From the NCBI GenBank assembly GCA_000320545.1, contig ADNK01000614.1, positions 1-64,000 on the forward strand: 64,000 nt of DNA, read 5' to 3'. The notes under the pieces are model-generated. The model made no database searches. It was not told the DNA's origin and saw only the letters and a program-made list of their open reading frames with translations. This DNA is from Bigelowiella natans CCMP2755 (lineage: Eukaryota; Protista; Cercozoa). Below, piece after piece: positions 12,018 to 26,300 of this stretch (position 1 is its first letter; each line of letters starts with the position of its first letter). A program made the translations under genes and the position numbers.

Positions 12018-15000
12018 TCAGCTTGCGCGCCGAGGCACCTTGAAGCTGCTGATGATTCCCCCTTGACGGCTGTGCGACGCCGTCAAATAAGGTCGAGATA
12101 CGGAGCACTGGACCACGCCTATGTCCATCAGAATCTGCTGCACTTCCTTGCTCAGGCAATTCCAATAAAACAGATCAAGAGTGCCGCTACTGGTACTACT
12201 ATTTCTACTTCTACTGCTACTACTACTACTACTACCATGGCCTTTCGTAATCGATGATGATGATACTCGTGCTGATCGTGAGTGAAGAGGAGGAGGAGGT
12301 GGTGGTGGTGTGACTGTGACCCTCCCTAGTAAGCAGCGTAAAGTCAAAGGCCTCAACGTCTGCGCACTGAGGAGATCTCTTGCCTTCTCACAGAGCTGAG
12401 CCTTTTTAAATGTGGCTTGTGTGCCCCTTGTCTTCGCGTTGGCAAACTGCAGGACGAGTGAAACCTGGTCATGAATGGGGAGGGACTGAAAGGGGCGGCC
12501 CATGGGCCCTCCAAATAGCTTTATGCTTACGGTAGCTTTCCTCTTCCTGCTGCTCACAACCTCTTCTCTTCCTCCTCCTCCTCCTCCTCCTCCTCCTCCT
12601 CCTCCTGCCTCAGAAGCCTGTTGATGCATGACGCTGTCACGTTGGAGCAGCTGGTTGATGTCGACGTCAATTTCTGCTAGGCGTGGGTCGTCGGCAGCGA
12701 TCGTGGCGTTGGCACCGGGGGAGAAGCGTGTTGTTGCCTTGACATTGACGAACAAATCGCCCGGTACTAAGGCCTTTGACAGGTGGGACGAGATTGATTC
12801 CTCGATTACGCTGTTTCTCAGGAAATCGGTGGTGGCATTTTTAGCTGATAAAGATGGTGATAATAATGATGACGATGATGACGATGATGACGCAGCATCC
12901 TTTCCCCCCCCGTCCTTCCCCCCTTCTCCTTCTAATCTTTTCCTTTGAGCAGCCTCAAAGAAAGCCATCCATGCCTGGCGACCACGGTTGCGACTGTGTT
13001 GATGGAAACCACGCCATGTGACGGTGAAGCGGATGAATTCTTTGATTGTGAGAAAGGCTGAGATGGCTCCAAAGACCACGATCGAAGGCAATCTTACTAT
13101 CAAACAATCGCTCGGTTGCTCAGTTGTAACAGCAGTCGGGTACAAGCTCCATAAACTGCTGCTGGAAGATTCGATACTCGTTCTCTTTTTAGAGCTGCTG
13201 CCGCCACTTCTTCCTTCTGTCTGTGCATCACCGCCAGCAGCTTGAATTGATAGAGTCCTTGACCCTTCTCCTTCATTTCTTGCAACATGATTCACTGCTC
13301 CTCCTCCTCCTCCTCCTCCTCCTTTCTTTCGTTCTGTTTGGACATGATGATCAATGACTAGTGGTCGTTTCTTGCTTCCCCGTATTGTCCTTCTTTCCTG
13401 CCGCCGCTTGTTGCGTATAGTGTTGTTGCTACTGCTGCTGCTGCTGACAGTTGAGGTTTTTATTAGCGGTTCCTGACGTCTTTGCCTTACTCTTTTGGTA
13501 ATAGTGTTGTCATGTTTATTCTCAGTATCACCATCATCACCATCATCATCACACCGTGCTTGTAGGCGCCCAGCACTTGAAGACCGTGGGGTATCGCAAA
13601 GGGCGCAAGTGGACGAAATACTTGGAACAATGCCATCATCATCATCATCATCATCATCATTATCATCGTCGTCATTCAAGAAGTTGCAAGCCGCACATCT
13701 CCACTTCTTTCTGCTGGTGGTGCTTGACGTATCATCATAACCCGTGAATTGATTCGGACGTTGCTGTTTCTGCCCTGATAAAGATGGGTTACGCGGGACA
13801 TCGCAAAGTTCGCAGATTGAGGAAGCAATGTCGTTGTTGGCAAAGGTGCATGTGTCACAACGCCATTTCAGCTGCTGTGGCTGCTGCTGCTGCCGCTGTC
13901 GTCGTCTTTTCTTTGGATGAAGAGCATCTATTTCTGTCTTCTCCTCTTCCCCTTCTGGAATTTTTAAGGCTCTTTCTCGGTTTCTTGAGCTAGATGATTG
14001 TATCTGGATTCTATGCTTATCGTTACTTTTGTTGATGCTGCTACTGCTGCTGCTATCGTTGGAACTACTTCTCGCAAGTTTGGAGACCTCCAGCTCACTT
14101 GCCTGGGAGGAAATCGTTTCGAACGGTTCTACGACTCGTTGCTTCCCTCCAGAGATCTGTCTCTTTTCTTTTTGATTTTCCTCTCTCCCATGGCGATTGC
14201 TTTGCTGCTGTTGTCGAATTTCAACGCAGGTTTCTGATTCTTGGCCACGCTTTGTTGGATTATGCGGTTTTATAAAAGTGCTACTCCCTATAAAGAATTG
14301 TTCCTTTTTGTTGTGGTCTTCGTGCTTTAAATCATTGTAAAGGTCATTGTTGTCCTTTGTCATGGTTCCCTCCTCTACCTCCACCAGCTCCTTGGCATTG
14401 CCTCTTGCATCATCCATTTTATGTTCAGCAAGAGGTGGGTCTTCTCCAATTTCTCGCTTGACTTCAGATTCATCACTATTCACGTTGGGAGATTCTGCAA
14501 GAATCCTGGAGGCTTTCTTTCGATAGCTAGAGTTAGATGATTGCAGAGGGATGGGTATGTTGCTTCTATGCTTATTGGTACTGCAGTTTGTGCTGGTGCT
14601 GGTTCCCACCGCTACCTCCACCAGCTCCTCTGCATTGCCTCTTGCATCATCCATTTTATGTTCAGCAGAAGATGAGACTTTTTCACCTTTTAGCTTGATT
14701 TCGGATTTATCACTATTGACGTGGGGAGGTTCCTGATAACATAAGACATCTTGTCAACAATGGCTTCCGACACACGTTTCGTCGTAACCTTGTTTTTATG
14801 GGGCTCCGCAAAGTGCAGCGCATTCACTTTAGCCTGCACGTTTCTTTCATCGGAATCTTGCATTTCTAGAAGCCCTAACTTCTCCGATTTGAGAATAGCA
14901 TCTTGAAGCCTCTTCGTAAGATCTGCAACACAAGTCAACAGTAGCTGTGATGCAATTCGTTCATTCGAAGAGCTCGTTTGTAGACCTACTACCTGTGAAT

Positions 15001-15294
15001 TGCAACCTCTCCTTTTCCGCCTGACAAAGAGACTCAGCCAGGCTCACTTTATAGGAAGAATCTGGATGGATTGGTGAAGATGAAGAGGACTCATACCACG
15101 CTCATCATTGAAGTACCAATCGATCTGTTATCGCCTACGCGAGCTTTCTTCTCTGGGGGCTGCGGGTGGCACGGAAGCAAAAACGAAACATCCTCTTCTG
15201 CCAAAGTGACGCACTTCAGTCAACCATCAAAATACAATGCAAGCTGGCGACCTTCATTCCGTCGGCGAGCTTTGCGCCGCCTCTTGGAAGGCAT
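12018..15294 (-). CDS. Low-complexity protein with two RanBP2-type zinc fingers and an F-box-like motif
   Basis: The 878-aa ORF 12018-14654 extends 5' through GT-AG exons to MPSKRRRKARRRNE (ATG 15294). Fingers: WRCDTCTFANNDIASSICELCDVPR and WRCAACNFLN(D-run)STCALCDTPR. F-box-like: LIVRLPSIVVFGAISAFLTIKEFIRFTVTWRGFH. Confidence 0.7.
14366..14730 (-). repeat. Internal coding duplication, 237-bp (79-codon) offset
   Basis: cctcttgcatcatccattttatgttcagca occurs at 14401 and 14638. Protein repeat VNSD.SE.K......AEHKMDDARGNA.ELVEV..GT. Confidence 0.85.
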
Positions 15295-15976
15295 TAGCCA
15301 GGGCGAGTAGAAGACCTTCAGTCGTTAGATCGATTTGTCCTCAAATTGCTTTGAAATACCTTGTCGTAACTACAAAATACATGCCGTTTTCACATGAAAG
15401 AATATCAATCTGGATGAAAACACATTCCTCTCCTATCCCCTGCCCCCTGTGTCGTTGAGCCGCATCATTTCGAAACCATCTCCAACTCACCGGCTAACTT
15501 GCCACTGGGTGGATTGAAAGAGTTGCCGTTGTCGTCACGAAAGCCCGCGCACGGACGGGAGGATGAATGCTGCCTAACTGAAAGCCTATTGTGCGCGTGC
15601 GAGACGCGCTGTGGACGTGGAGTCAGTGGCGAGCGGTTGTAGGTGGGCCAGGGTGGCCCCATTCGTCATTCTCTTCCTCAAAATCCTCACAGCCTCCAAC
15701 AATCAAAACTTCCGCTGCCCCCATGGAGGTGGTGGTTCGTGTGTTGCACATGGTCTCGATTCTGCAACCGCACAGAGCCGCCTCCATCATCGCTTCTCAA
15801 ATATCTTATTCGACCATCTCCGCTTTCGTGGAGGTGCACCCAGCCGCTACCGTCGCTGTCGCAATGCTAATCTAGCCACTCCAGCCACACGGAGCAATAG
15901 CTCCAAATATGAAAGCGGTTTGGCAGTACCAAAGGCAAACTCAGGGAGGAACCATTATCTTCCCCCAAACAAGAGT

Positions 15977-16621
15977 ATGCACTTAGTGTGCGACGAGAGA
16001 AGCAACACTAGCTCGAAGTCAAATGATACTGAAAATTTTGTGCTGAATTTAGAATCAAGAATCTCAAGCGTGAAGCGACGAGGCAGGAGGAAAGAGAACA
16101 AGGTACATATCTGCAACGTCTGCCAAAGAAGTTTTTCTCAGCATGTTGTCCTCATACGACATATACGCACGCACAATGGAGAAAAGCCGTTCTCTTGCCA
16201 ATATTGCGAGAAATCATTCGCTCAAGCGGCCACGCTGAAGAACCACGAACTTATTCACTCGGGACAACGGCCTTTCAACTGCACTTACTGTGAGAAGAGG
16301 TTTCGTGGCCAGTCTGCGAGAAGAACCCATGAACTAACGCACATGGGAATAAAGCCTTTCCAATGCAAATATTGCAAAGCAGCATTTCGAACGAAAGCTC
16401 AAAGAGAATCTCATTGTGTGGTCCATGAGGATACGATAGCACGGCCGTTTGCATGCACGCAATGCCATGTCAGATATCGATTCCGAAGCAATCTCGTCAG
16501 TCATATCCGATTCAGATGTTCCACGTCCCCTTCTGTAAATACTATTAGCTCTACGTTAGGTGCTACGGCTACGCAGGAAAACACCACAAAGAGAAATTCA
16601 CTAGATTGTATAAATAGTTAG
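15977..16621 (+). CDS. C2H2 (Kruppel-like) zinc-finger protein, 5 tandem fingers
   Basis: CNVC..HIRTH, CQYC..HELIH, CTYC..HELTH, CKYC..HCVVH, CTQC..HIRFRC, with linkers NGEKPF, SGQRPF, MGIKPF. First in-frame ATG is 15977; the true start may be upstream (frame open from 15611). Confidence 0.85.
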   Translation: MHLVCDERSNTSSKSNDTENFVLNLESRISSVKRRGRRKENKVHICNVCQRSFSQHVVLIRHIRTHNGEKPFSCQYCEKSFAQAATLKNHELIHSGQRPFNCTYCEKRFRGQSARRTHELTHMGIKPFQCKYCKAAFRTKAQRESHCVVHEDTIARPFACTQCHVRYRFRSNLVSHIRFRCSTSPSVNTISSTLGATATQENTTKRNSLDCINS

Positions 16622-17568
16622 TGTCTAAATCGCGTCACCAACGTGGATGCCGCCTGCTATTTAGCATGTAATATAACACTTACCCAAGTGCTATGCAAGT
16701 AGTTGTCGTAGCATCTGAAGCATGGTGTGGCCACTATGCTGATCCATAAACGGGGAGCCTACTCGCAGTGCTAGAGTGTAATGTTCCAAAACACTATGTC
16801 TGGATGTCTATAGATGTGTCAATAGCTAGATAGGCCATTTATACATTATTGCTAGCTAGTACTAGCTAGCTAGGCAGTATACCATTTGAGCTTGTGACAT
16901 ATCTCATTGTGCTGCATGCAATGAATGAAACTAGGAAGGCAGGATGCTTTATTTGTTAATCTGATGTTGCATTGGAGAACTCTAGTGGGGAAGTGCTAGA
17001 GTGTGTGTGGCTAGATGGTGGTGGCAGCGTAACTGGTGTTCATTCTAGCATTGTCGGCAGAATCGAAGCTTTATTCTGAACTAGTGAACTTTCTCGCCTG
17101 GTCGAACGTGCGCACACAGCACACTACTTTTTTACAATATTTGAATTGAAAAAGCACTTAATCTACCTAGTATGCAGCAGCTGTCAGCAGCGACACTATA
17201 TTTGTAAAGGATCATAATGATGCATGACAGCGTTGTTGCACTGACAATCAATTATCTGTAATGTCACAGCTTATCTTTCTCTTCCTAAGGTGCTTGAGAA
17301 GTCTAATATCTTTGTTGTATTTATATATTTTGTATCATGGCCTGCAGACAAATTTATATTTATGCAAAGCGCTTTGTTACTGAAAACGTCAGAGAGCTAC
17401 GCCTTGGAGATTGTAAGAAGTGATGCTCATGACAACGGCGATAAGTTAGAAATACACGTATCTATTCCTTCCCTATCAACACAACTGAGTTAAGACAACC
17501 ACGCACTTGTAGTATTTTGCGGCAAAAACTGCCTGAGAGTAAAGCAGACAGCGAGAGGCTAAACTTCT

Positions 17569-19502
17569 TCATGATATGTATCCCTCCCCTTCATCATCTG
17601 CCGTGCTCTCAGCAGAGAGGTGTTTGTTGTCCTTCAGCATATCGGCATAAACATGCTTGCCTTGGAGCACGTCCTTCACAGCGGCAGCTACCCATTCCGA
17701 CCCCTCTCCTTGAAGCTTTGGGATGGTATCGAGGTTTCTGCCAGTAAGTGTTGCGAACGCACTGAGAATGTCCTTCTGCAGATGATTCAGAGGCTGGGCA
17801 GCTTCTCTCATTGTATGCTCGCGGCCTAGCGACTTTGGCGCCTCGGGAAGTGTCTCAGGGCAGTCAGTGCGCGGCTCGGGCTCAGAGAGCTGATCTGGTG
17901 AATGGGCGATGGAAGTTGTGATTTCATCAGTAGTTAGCAAGACCAAACGTTTGCCCATTTGTATTGTCAAATTCCCAAATCAGTCTCGGAATAGCACGAT
18001 GGAGAAAGAGGGGAGGAAGGAAGCAGGAGAGGGAAGAGGAGGAGAGTAGTACCCTCGAAAGTAGCGGCCCACGCATCGCGCTTCGTGAGGAAACCGTCCA
18101 GATTAAAAATCTACGATGAAGGTGCACATGAGCATGTGATTAATTGTCTCCTCCTCCTCCTCCTCCTCCTCCTCCTCCTCCTCCTCACCACCATTGCAGC
18201 ACCTTGATTCCTCAAAGTTGTAGCTGAACTACAGCAGCAATAGTAATAGTACGTACTGCTAGGAGGTGAAGAAGCTCTCACTACTGCTACTACTACTACT
18301 ACCACTACTACTAGTAGTAGTAGTCCTAGTATTAGTACTACTATAACAATGAAACATCATCATCTTAACACATACATACCTTCTTGACCGTCGAAAGGAT
18401 GGACGTGAGGTCGAACTCGGAATTGGGAAATGGCTTGCAAGCCTCAGAAGGCTCAGAAACAACCTAACGTCAAACGTAACGACGACATACGCAAACAGGA
18501 TCAATCACTACAGCTGCTGCTGCGAGGATGTGTGTGCTCGTCAGATATATGTGTGCTTGTGTTTTTCATCCGGTCCTCTTCTGTTTCTTCTTCTTCTTCT
18601 TCTTCTTCTTCTTCCAGTCTTCTTTCCCAGCCCTTGTGGCAATGACACCTTTCCTTTAGCCACCCAGGGCGAAATGAGCAGAGCAGGGATACGGATTCCA
18701 AGGCGTGTGAAGTCGAAACTATCGGGGAAACTTCGGAGTAGAAATAAGAAAGAAAAATCAAACGGAGAAAGAGTCAGAAACATTCTCGGATGTTGCAACA
18801 GGACACCATCTTGCATCGATTCCGCCCCCCTGAGATGTTCTCTCTTCTTCTTCAACACTACAATAGGCCGTAAAGACGCATCGAAGAGATCGGACTATCT
18901 TACAACCAACGAACCGCGCAACCCACCACCAGGCAAAACCTCCTCCACACCTCTTTGAGTCGTCTGGAGCAGGAACACCCAAAGGCGTGGGGACGTGGTC
19001 GTAGAAACCCCTGCACACGGATGATGTCATGTCAACAACGACGACGACGAAGACCAACGAAGCAATGGAGCTCAAAATATATTCTCGAGTATGGAAGATG
19101 CTACGAAGAGGGGCGAGGTCAAGGGCTACCCCCCCTTCCTCCTCCTCCTCGCCCTCCCCCTCCTTTACAACCATCCACCTACCCGTGTTCGTCGTAGTCG
19201 ACGATGAATAATGTCTCGTTCCATGCAGGAGACGCACGTAAGGCCTCGTAGATCTGGTCGATTCAGCAGGCAGCAACAAGTAATATTGCGTAAGTTTTCC
19301 CCGTCAAGAATTCCTACCCTTCTACACCCTTCTTGAGAAGAAGTTCCCCTCCCCCCCCCCCCACCTTTTTCCCTACCTACCTCTTTTAGGAGTCCCTCGC
19401 CGAGTCGTACGTCGTGGTCTGGGTGCTGGTCGTTGGCGCCCTCGTTACTCGTCTTGTTAACGAACCAGCGGGGATTCACCCAGCTGAAGCTAGGGAGGGA
19501 TC

Positions 19503-19541
<39 letters not shown>

Positions 19542-20010
19542 CATGTATTATTTTATGCGAATGATAAGCATATACAGGGGAGCTCACCCAACTCAAATGA
19601 TGATTCTTGTGACGTGTCGTCGGCATACACACGCACGCACACGCACGCTAGCCTGCCCATCTACCTGTCTCGATGTCGTGCATGAAGCGACGCCAGCCGT
19701 GAATCTTGAGAGGACTAGATGATAATGAACGACAACAAACGTCGATACACAATTCAGCCATGCCCGCTTCTATTCGAAGTACAAGGTGTCTATTTAGCCA
19801 CCATGGGAGTAACCCCTCCACGCAGCACACCCTTGTCCCACCTGAATGTAAGCTTTGCAATCATTGCCATCTCCAGCGGTGCATCTGCATAATAGAACCT
19901 CCAATCCAAACCGGCCTGGGTGGGGGTAGTCGTAGTAGTAGCAGCAGACACTTTCAATTACTCAATCCCCCCTCTCCGTTCATTGCTCTCTTCTCGATTA
20001 TGCACATATG

Positions 20011-20044
<34 letters not shown>

Positions 20045-21763
20045 TACATACCCTTACTACTTATATAAATAAGTTTTTGTATGATGTTTTTTCCGGAAGA
20101 TCTGGTGTACGTACGGAGGAAGTTCCTGTTGTTTTATTGTAAGACCGACCTTCTCGATCTTGTGGAAGATAGTCTCTCCAAAGTAAAGCAGCGTGTCAGG
20201 GTGCCATCTATGATTATCGATAACAAAAAGGACATGACGGAGGATTAACGATTGATGTCAACAGTGCTAGGCATCAATAGTTGATCGCACACTCATCGTG
20301 AATCAATCTCCCCGATGTTCGGATGCATTGTCTTTCTGGCACGTTGTGTGACGTTATTATTTTGCAACGCACAAAACATCCCAAAAATTGTGCAACAATT
20401 TTATTTCTGTTCGTTTGCGGTTGAGTATAGGATGACTTGGTCGTCTCTGTGTTCCCCTTCGATGTCGCCATTAGCTGGAACAATCGGTTTGGCCAAGTCG
20501 GACCTTCGAATGATGCACGTACGCGAATCAGTTTTCTCCTCCAAATTAAAAAATTAACACCGAAAAAAAAAGAGCAGCAGGAGCACAAATTGGCTTACCG
20601 GGATGTGAGCAGAAGAATCGGTCAAAAAGCAAGAAATTATCCGCGAGTGCTTTCATCACCGGCAACCTCTCAGGTGTGAACCTTTGGATTCCCACACCAA
20701 ATTAACCTTAACATAGCAGCAACGGTGACGTGATACAAGTCCACGTATCTCATCAATCCACACAAGAAGCGCATGTATCTGTTGTCATTCACGTACATGT
20801 TGATCACGGAGGTTGGATCCGAATGCTTTTTAGCTTCGTATTCGACGAATCCATCCATCTTCGCCACCTGAGAATGATGATGTCGATTGGGTTTTGATGA
20901 TACTAGAATCAAGCCTTCGAAGAGGTTTGAATGCATAATCGTACGTAACCTTGCAACCCTCTTTTATGCCGGCATCACCGAAGATTTTTTCCGTTGTTGA
21001 AGGCGTGTTGTGGTCTGTAATGATGCACAGAATGATAATTTTGAAGGAATGGTCAACATCGATGCCGTTAGTATAGAGCCGTTGGTTTGGTCAATTAGTG
21101 TAGAGAATTCTAAGGTTTCCCCACACTGGTACACACCGCATAGACACTACAAATCATTGCCATGTATTACTTGGGTCGAACGGGCCGATATAAGGGGACG
21201 TCTTCCCCACTGGAACACGCTTCGAGTTGGGATCGGAGGTGTTGTAAGGGTTTGATTCATTGCCTAAGAAGTGTGTGTGTTTGTTGACGATAGTGATATC
21301 TTGTGAGTCTAAAATCAAACGAGGTAGATAGTGTACAGTGATGGTATTATACCGCTGAGGCCATTGACACCGGGAAAGAATCCACACACTGTATATTTAC
21401 AAAAGAGGATAGAGATTCAGTTCTCCTTGAGATTTTGTTCTTCAAATCGGGATTAATTCTTAATGTCTTCCTACTGTGGTCGAAAGAGCGATTCTCCTCC
21501 ATCTGCCGAGAAAACAAGTTTTCAGCGAAACGCAATATGATTTATCCATCCAATTGAAAGCTAGGATTTACCAGCAAGACAACATGCTTGATGTGCTGTA
21601 ATCCAGGCAGGTTTTCTGTTTAATAAACAGGCAAGAATCTTGGGCGTGACTTTGACATGATACGAATACGAATCGCGCATAGCAACTTTCAACTCTCACC
21701 TAAGCTGAAGGCCTGTGCGATTGGAGAAAAGGCCAGGAACAACATGGAGGCAAGAGCTATCAT
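17569..21763 (-). CDS. Secreted non-specific phospholipase C / phosphoesterase (plant NPC-like, AcpA/PlcH superfamily), about 19 exons
   Basis: Signal peptide MIALASMLFLAFSPIAQA. Motifs [117 protein letters not shown] and PRTDCPETLP are diagnostic of NPC-type enzymes. Confidence 0.93.
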
Positions 21764-22599
21764 GGTGCCGCTTGCCTCTGCCTCAAAATGTACAATGAGG
21801 GTATCCCACAACGGCCCTTGTGCAGGAGAGGCACACCTTGTCGCATCAAGAAAATTCAGGAGATTTCAACTAAAATAACGGAGAATAAAATCTTAATTCG
21901 ATGCGAATTCAGAGGAACGACAATGCTGTTCCAAAGTGTGCAGCGCACTCTGCTTTCGGATGGAAGCCTCAACACCCAAGGGGGACACCTCGAGATGCCG
22001 GTTGCGAGAAAGCTGAATCCAATGACCATGACTGAGTGCCTCATCGAGGATGGCTCGTTTCTACTAGATGCTGCACTGCACCTTCGAACTCCCCTCTTCC
22101 ATGTGAGAGTGCCGCTAAGTTTCAATGAGTTTTCACCTAGCCACACAAAACCTCCCACAGCCATCTGCATGTTTCATGGCAGTGCCATTGGCGAATGAGT
22201 TTCTTGTTTGCAAATCTCTTAGCTTGAAATTAAGAAACTTGAGTTCAACTCTATGAATTCGCTCCGAAGGGACCAAGTGCGCAAGAGGCACGATTGTTGA
22301 AATGCTGGATGATTCAAATGATGCAATGTGATTTGAAATCATTCACAGATGCGAATTTTCAGAAAAATCACATGGTATAAATGTTTTATCTGAATGGGGT
22401 CTATTTTCCGAACTGCACTTACCATGCGATGTTGATTTACAGAAATGCGTCAATGTCACAGACGATCGTCGTGCAATGCGCTGTGCATGTGCGCACATCT
22501 GACACATTGAGCATTCACTTGCGGCAATGTGTGGGCTAGCTATGGCCATGACTAGTCACACAGAATCGTCGATGCAGGGTCGTCGACACAGGATCGCTA

Positions 22600-23870
22600 T
22601 GTCAATTCCCATGAAAGCCTTTTGTACCTGAGAATCGCTACGACACGGCCGAACATGGCCATGCCATTCTCAACGCGAAGCAAAAAGCAAATCCGACGCT
22701 AGGTACCGCAAACACAAAAATTCCTTGACTGAGCTTGCTCACATACTCTGAACTGCAGAATATGAATGATCGATGTAGCTCACAAAATTCATACACAAAA
22801 TAAATACAAATAAACTCTTGATCTTGCATGAGATTTTACATGTAAGTTGACGCAAACAGCGATATCAGATTACTTGCCGTTGAGGTGGATCTAAGTTTTG
22901 CACATTCTGAGCTGCTTGAATTAACGAATAGCTGTAGGTATTTGCCTCTTGCGCTAAGCAAGGAAGATTTTGTATCACAGTGATCACAACCTGCGACATG
23001 TACGACGCATGTGTTTAATACTGTTCGCACAATTAGTAGTCTCTTGGGACAAAGCGCGTGATGAGCAATGATTCTCCAAAGGCTACGCCTGTCTTTCAGC
23101 TCCTATGATTTCAACTGATCTTTCTTTTCCGTTTGCGCAACTTTTTGAGGGTCCTCTCTGCCACAACTTGAGGAATATGACACGGACGCTCATTCTCTCC
23201 ATACAATGTAGAGTAGTGTTCGTGCGCAGTTAACGGAGCAGATGACTGATGACGAGTAAGTACACCAGTATTTCTCTCATCCCAAGTGACAGGGAAATTC
23301 GCTGTGGAAATTCGATGACCACTTGTTCCACCCTTGAGAATTGCGAGGAGAGGGAGCGTTCCTTTTGGCATAGAAGCTGGAAAACCGCTGACAAGGCTAC
23401 ATACTGAACTAACACTGGTCAAGCGGTGTGAAGATAATCTTGGAAGCCGAAAGTTGTTTTCAAGGCTCGCAGCACAACCTTTAGCGTCTTGCTGAGAATT
23501 CTGAGTAACATCCTGCTCGGAAGAAACTCCAGTTGCCCTGGAAAGATCTTTTTTATCTGATCCTTTGCCTTCTGTTGTGCTGGAACGAATCACCACCTCT
23601 CTAAACTTTGAGTCTAGAACTCCAGGGAAGCTGTTGCCAGAGGTGTGTTCGCGCATTGATTCGCTGAGGGCTGTTTGATTAGATCTCATGGCTAGGGGTC
23701 TTGGTCAATAGGTTGTGCGTGACAAATTCACGTGAACTCCTATTTTTGTCAGTTTGTGCAACAAGCTTCTTAAATAATCGCACTGAATCGCTCATGCAAT
23801 TTACCACTTACAGGGATCCCTGCAAATTCCAAATTCATTCTCAAAGGCCCGATGTGTTCGCCTGTGCGGT
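22600..23870 (-). CDS. Hypothetical multi-exon protein (Ser-rich, possible basic NLS); boundaries uncertain
   Basis: 192-codon ORF 23111-23689 plus GT-AG-bounded short open segments at about 22705-22752 and 22874-22990. No recognisable domain. Confidence 0.3.
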
Positions 23871-24463
23871 CGAGCAGTCGAGTAGTGCACAACTGTGCCA
23901 TCTCACACGTTCGGTGCTCACAACTCAACTGTGTTCTCAATTGCATCCGAGGAAACAAAAGACATTGATTTTATACGTACGACAAGGATTATATCACGTA
24001 AATTGTCAAAAATCGAGAATTCTGCTGAGAATCCCAGAATTTGGGCCCTGACACCCTGTCGCTGCAGGAGATTTCCTTGTAATTTATGGTAACCCAGACC
24101 TGGAACAAAATGGCGGTTTCGCCTGCATTTCGGCCTTTCGCCCGTTTTCTCGTAGGCAGAAAAACATCGGGAATGTATCGTAAGATACCCCCACTTGCAT
24201 CAGAGTATAAAATCCGTACGCGTGGCGTTTTTACCCCCAGCGGTGGGTGATGGCTCGAGCCTACTCGTAGCAGCTGGGAACATCATTCCATCTTACACAG
24301 CAAGGATACCCCGCCCCGTCACACCGTAGTCACGTTATTTTGCCATTCTAATCATTTTCCGTCCACTCTTGGCTCTCTCACTAGCGCACAACTGCCAACT
24401 CATTGGAACAAGAGTAGATTTTACTGCCTAGTAAGCATTGCATCGTTTCCTTCGTGAAGACCC

Positions 24464-25197
24464 ATGAACGCGATTAGTTTTGACCTTTGCCTGCCGTTGG
24501 GATTAACGCTCACCGATGTGGGATCCTCTGAAGGCGAGGTAAGAGTCCTTTCCGTCGAGAGCGGCTCCCAAGCTAGCAAGCTGGGCGTTATGCCTCGGTG
24601 GGTTTTGGCTGCAGTTGGAGAGCGGCAGCTGATGCAGTTGGAGGATGGAATGAGCCTTGTGAACTCCATAGTAAGCGAAAGGTGAGAATATTGTTGATTT
24701 TTTTACTTGTTTCGGAGGGGGTGCTATTTCAGGGGCTGGCTCTCACGAGACCGAATTTAGAAAATAGGTTATAATAACGTGAAGTTTCATTTGCTTTCCG
24801 CAGGAAACAGAAGATTAAAGCGCTCAAAGATACAAGAGGTGACTTCGAATCGCTGAGGTAATAAGAAAATTAGTTTGCTTTCAAATCTCAAGAGCTCGAA
24901 AACAGCAGGCAAATGCCACGCATTTCACCCGTCACTCTTTTCCACACATGACGCAATGTTTTGCTGTAATCCAACCCGACACACCCTAAACGCGCGCTTC
25001 GCCTTTTGATTGATCCAAAAGGTATCTCGACTTCCATTTCAAATATGGAAGAAGTGGTAAGGTCTCCAAGGAAATCCAAGGTATTGGACGACGAGATATG
25101 AAGCTAGCGACCTCTTCAAATGCACATACATGAAGGCCGATGCGAAAACTTTAATCATGTTAAAATGTAACACTGGATGCGTGATCACTGGGGGCTT

Positions 25198-25236
<39 letters not shown>

Positions 25237-25249
25237 CTTTTTTAATATG

Positions 25250-25283
<34 letters not shown>

Positions 25284-26059
25284 GGAAGTAAACATGACTT
25301 ATTTCCATCGCTCGCACTCAGGCGAGGAAGATGAGGAGGGAACCGGTGTGATTGACGCCTTCTCCGGATATTCATCCCCAAAGTAATGCTTATCATTGCC
25401 GTCGGTGTATATGTGTGCGTGATCCCCCAAATGAAAAAGAATAGCGGAAGTACTTATATTGGATGCTAGCGAGAATTCTGTATTCTTTTTATAGGGGGGA
25501 GCCTCTTTTTCCTTCATTATTCTTTTTGCAGCTCTTCAGAGAATGTAGTAGTATTTTGAGGGTTAGGCTATGCGCATCGGCATGAATTCGAGCAAAATAT
25601 CTGATTGTTATTGCTCTTGCATTTCTCCCCCTCCAAAGTTGCACATCTTCTTTATATTCCTCCTTCAGTTCAGTGCAGTGCCATCATTGTTGTGGTTACT
25701 ACTCATCTGTATCTAAAACTATGCTTACTTGGGTTGCTTTTATTGTTTGTGGCCTATTACTCTCTCCCGTCCTTCATCCCTAGAGCGAAGAACAGCAAAA
25801 AGCAGAGTCGAGACACAAAGGAGGAAAAGCGCTTGCTCAGGAAGATGAAAGAATTACACGAAGGATTGGTGAAGGCTAGGCGGGAAAACAACATATTGCA
25901 GAAGGAGGTCCGGGGGATTCTGGCCGAGCACGACAAAGTTAAGGTACTTGGAGAAACCGTGAAAGTTGTTGCTATTGTTGCAGGAAGAAATAGTGCGCGA
26001 TAAGGAAGTTTGTCCTGGGGAGTTCCATGAGAAATCTTGTGCTCTGTGATATAGAGAGG

Positions 26060-26096
<37 letters not shown>

Positions 26097-26213
26097 CCAT
26101 TTCTGAGAAGTGCCATATTCTTACCATCATACACATAAAAATCTTGCAGTAGTGGAACATGCGAACACACATACAGTGTTTTAAAAAAATTATACATATT
26201 AAATCTATGTGTG

Positions 26214-26252
<39 letters not shown>

Positions 26253-26264
26253 TAATATACATAC

Positions 26265-26300
<36 letters not shown>

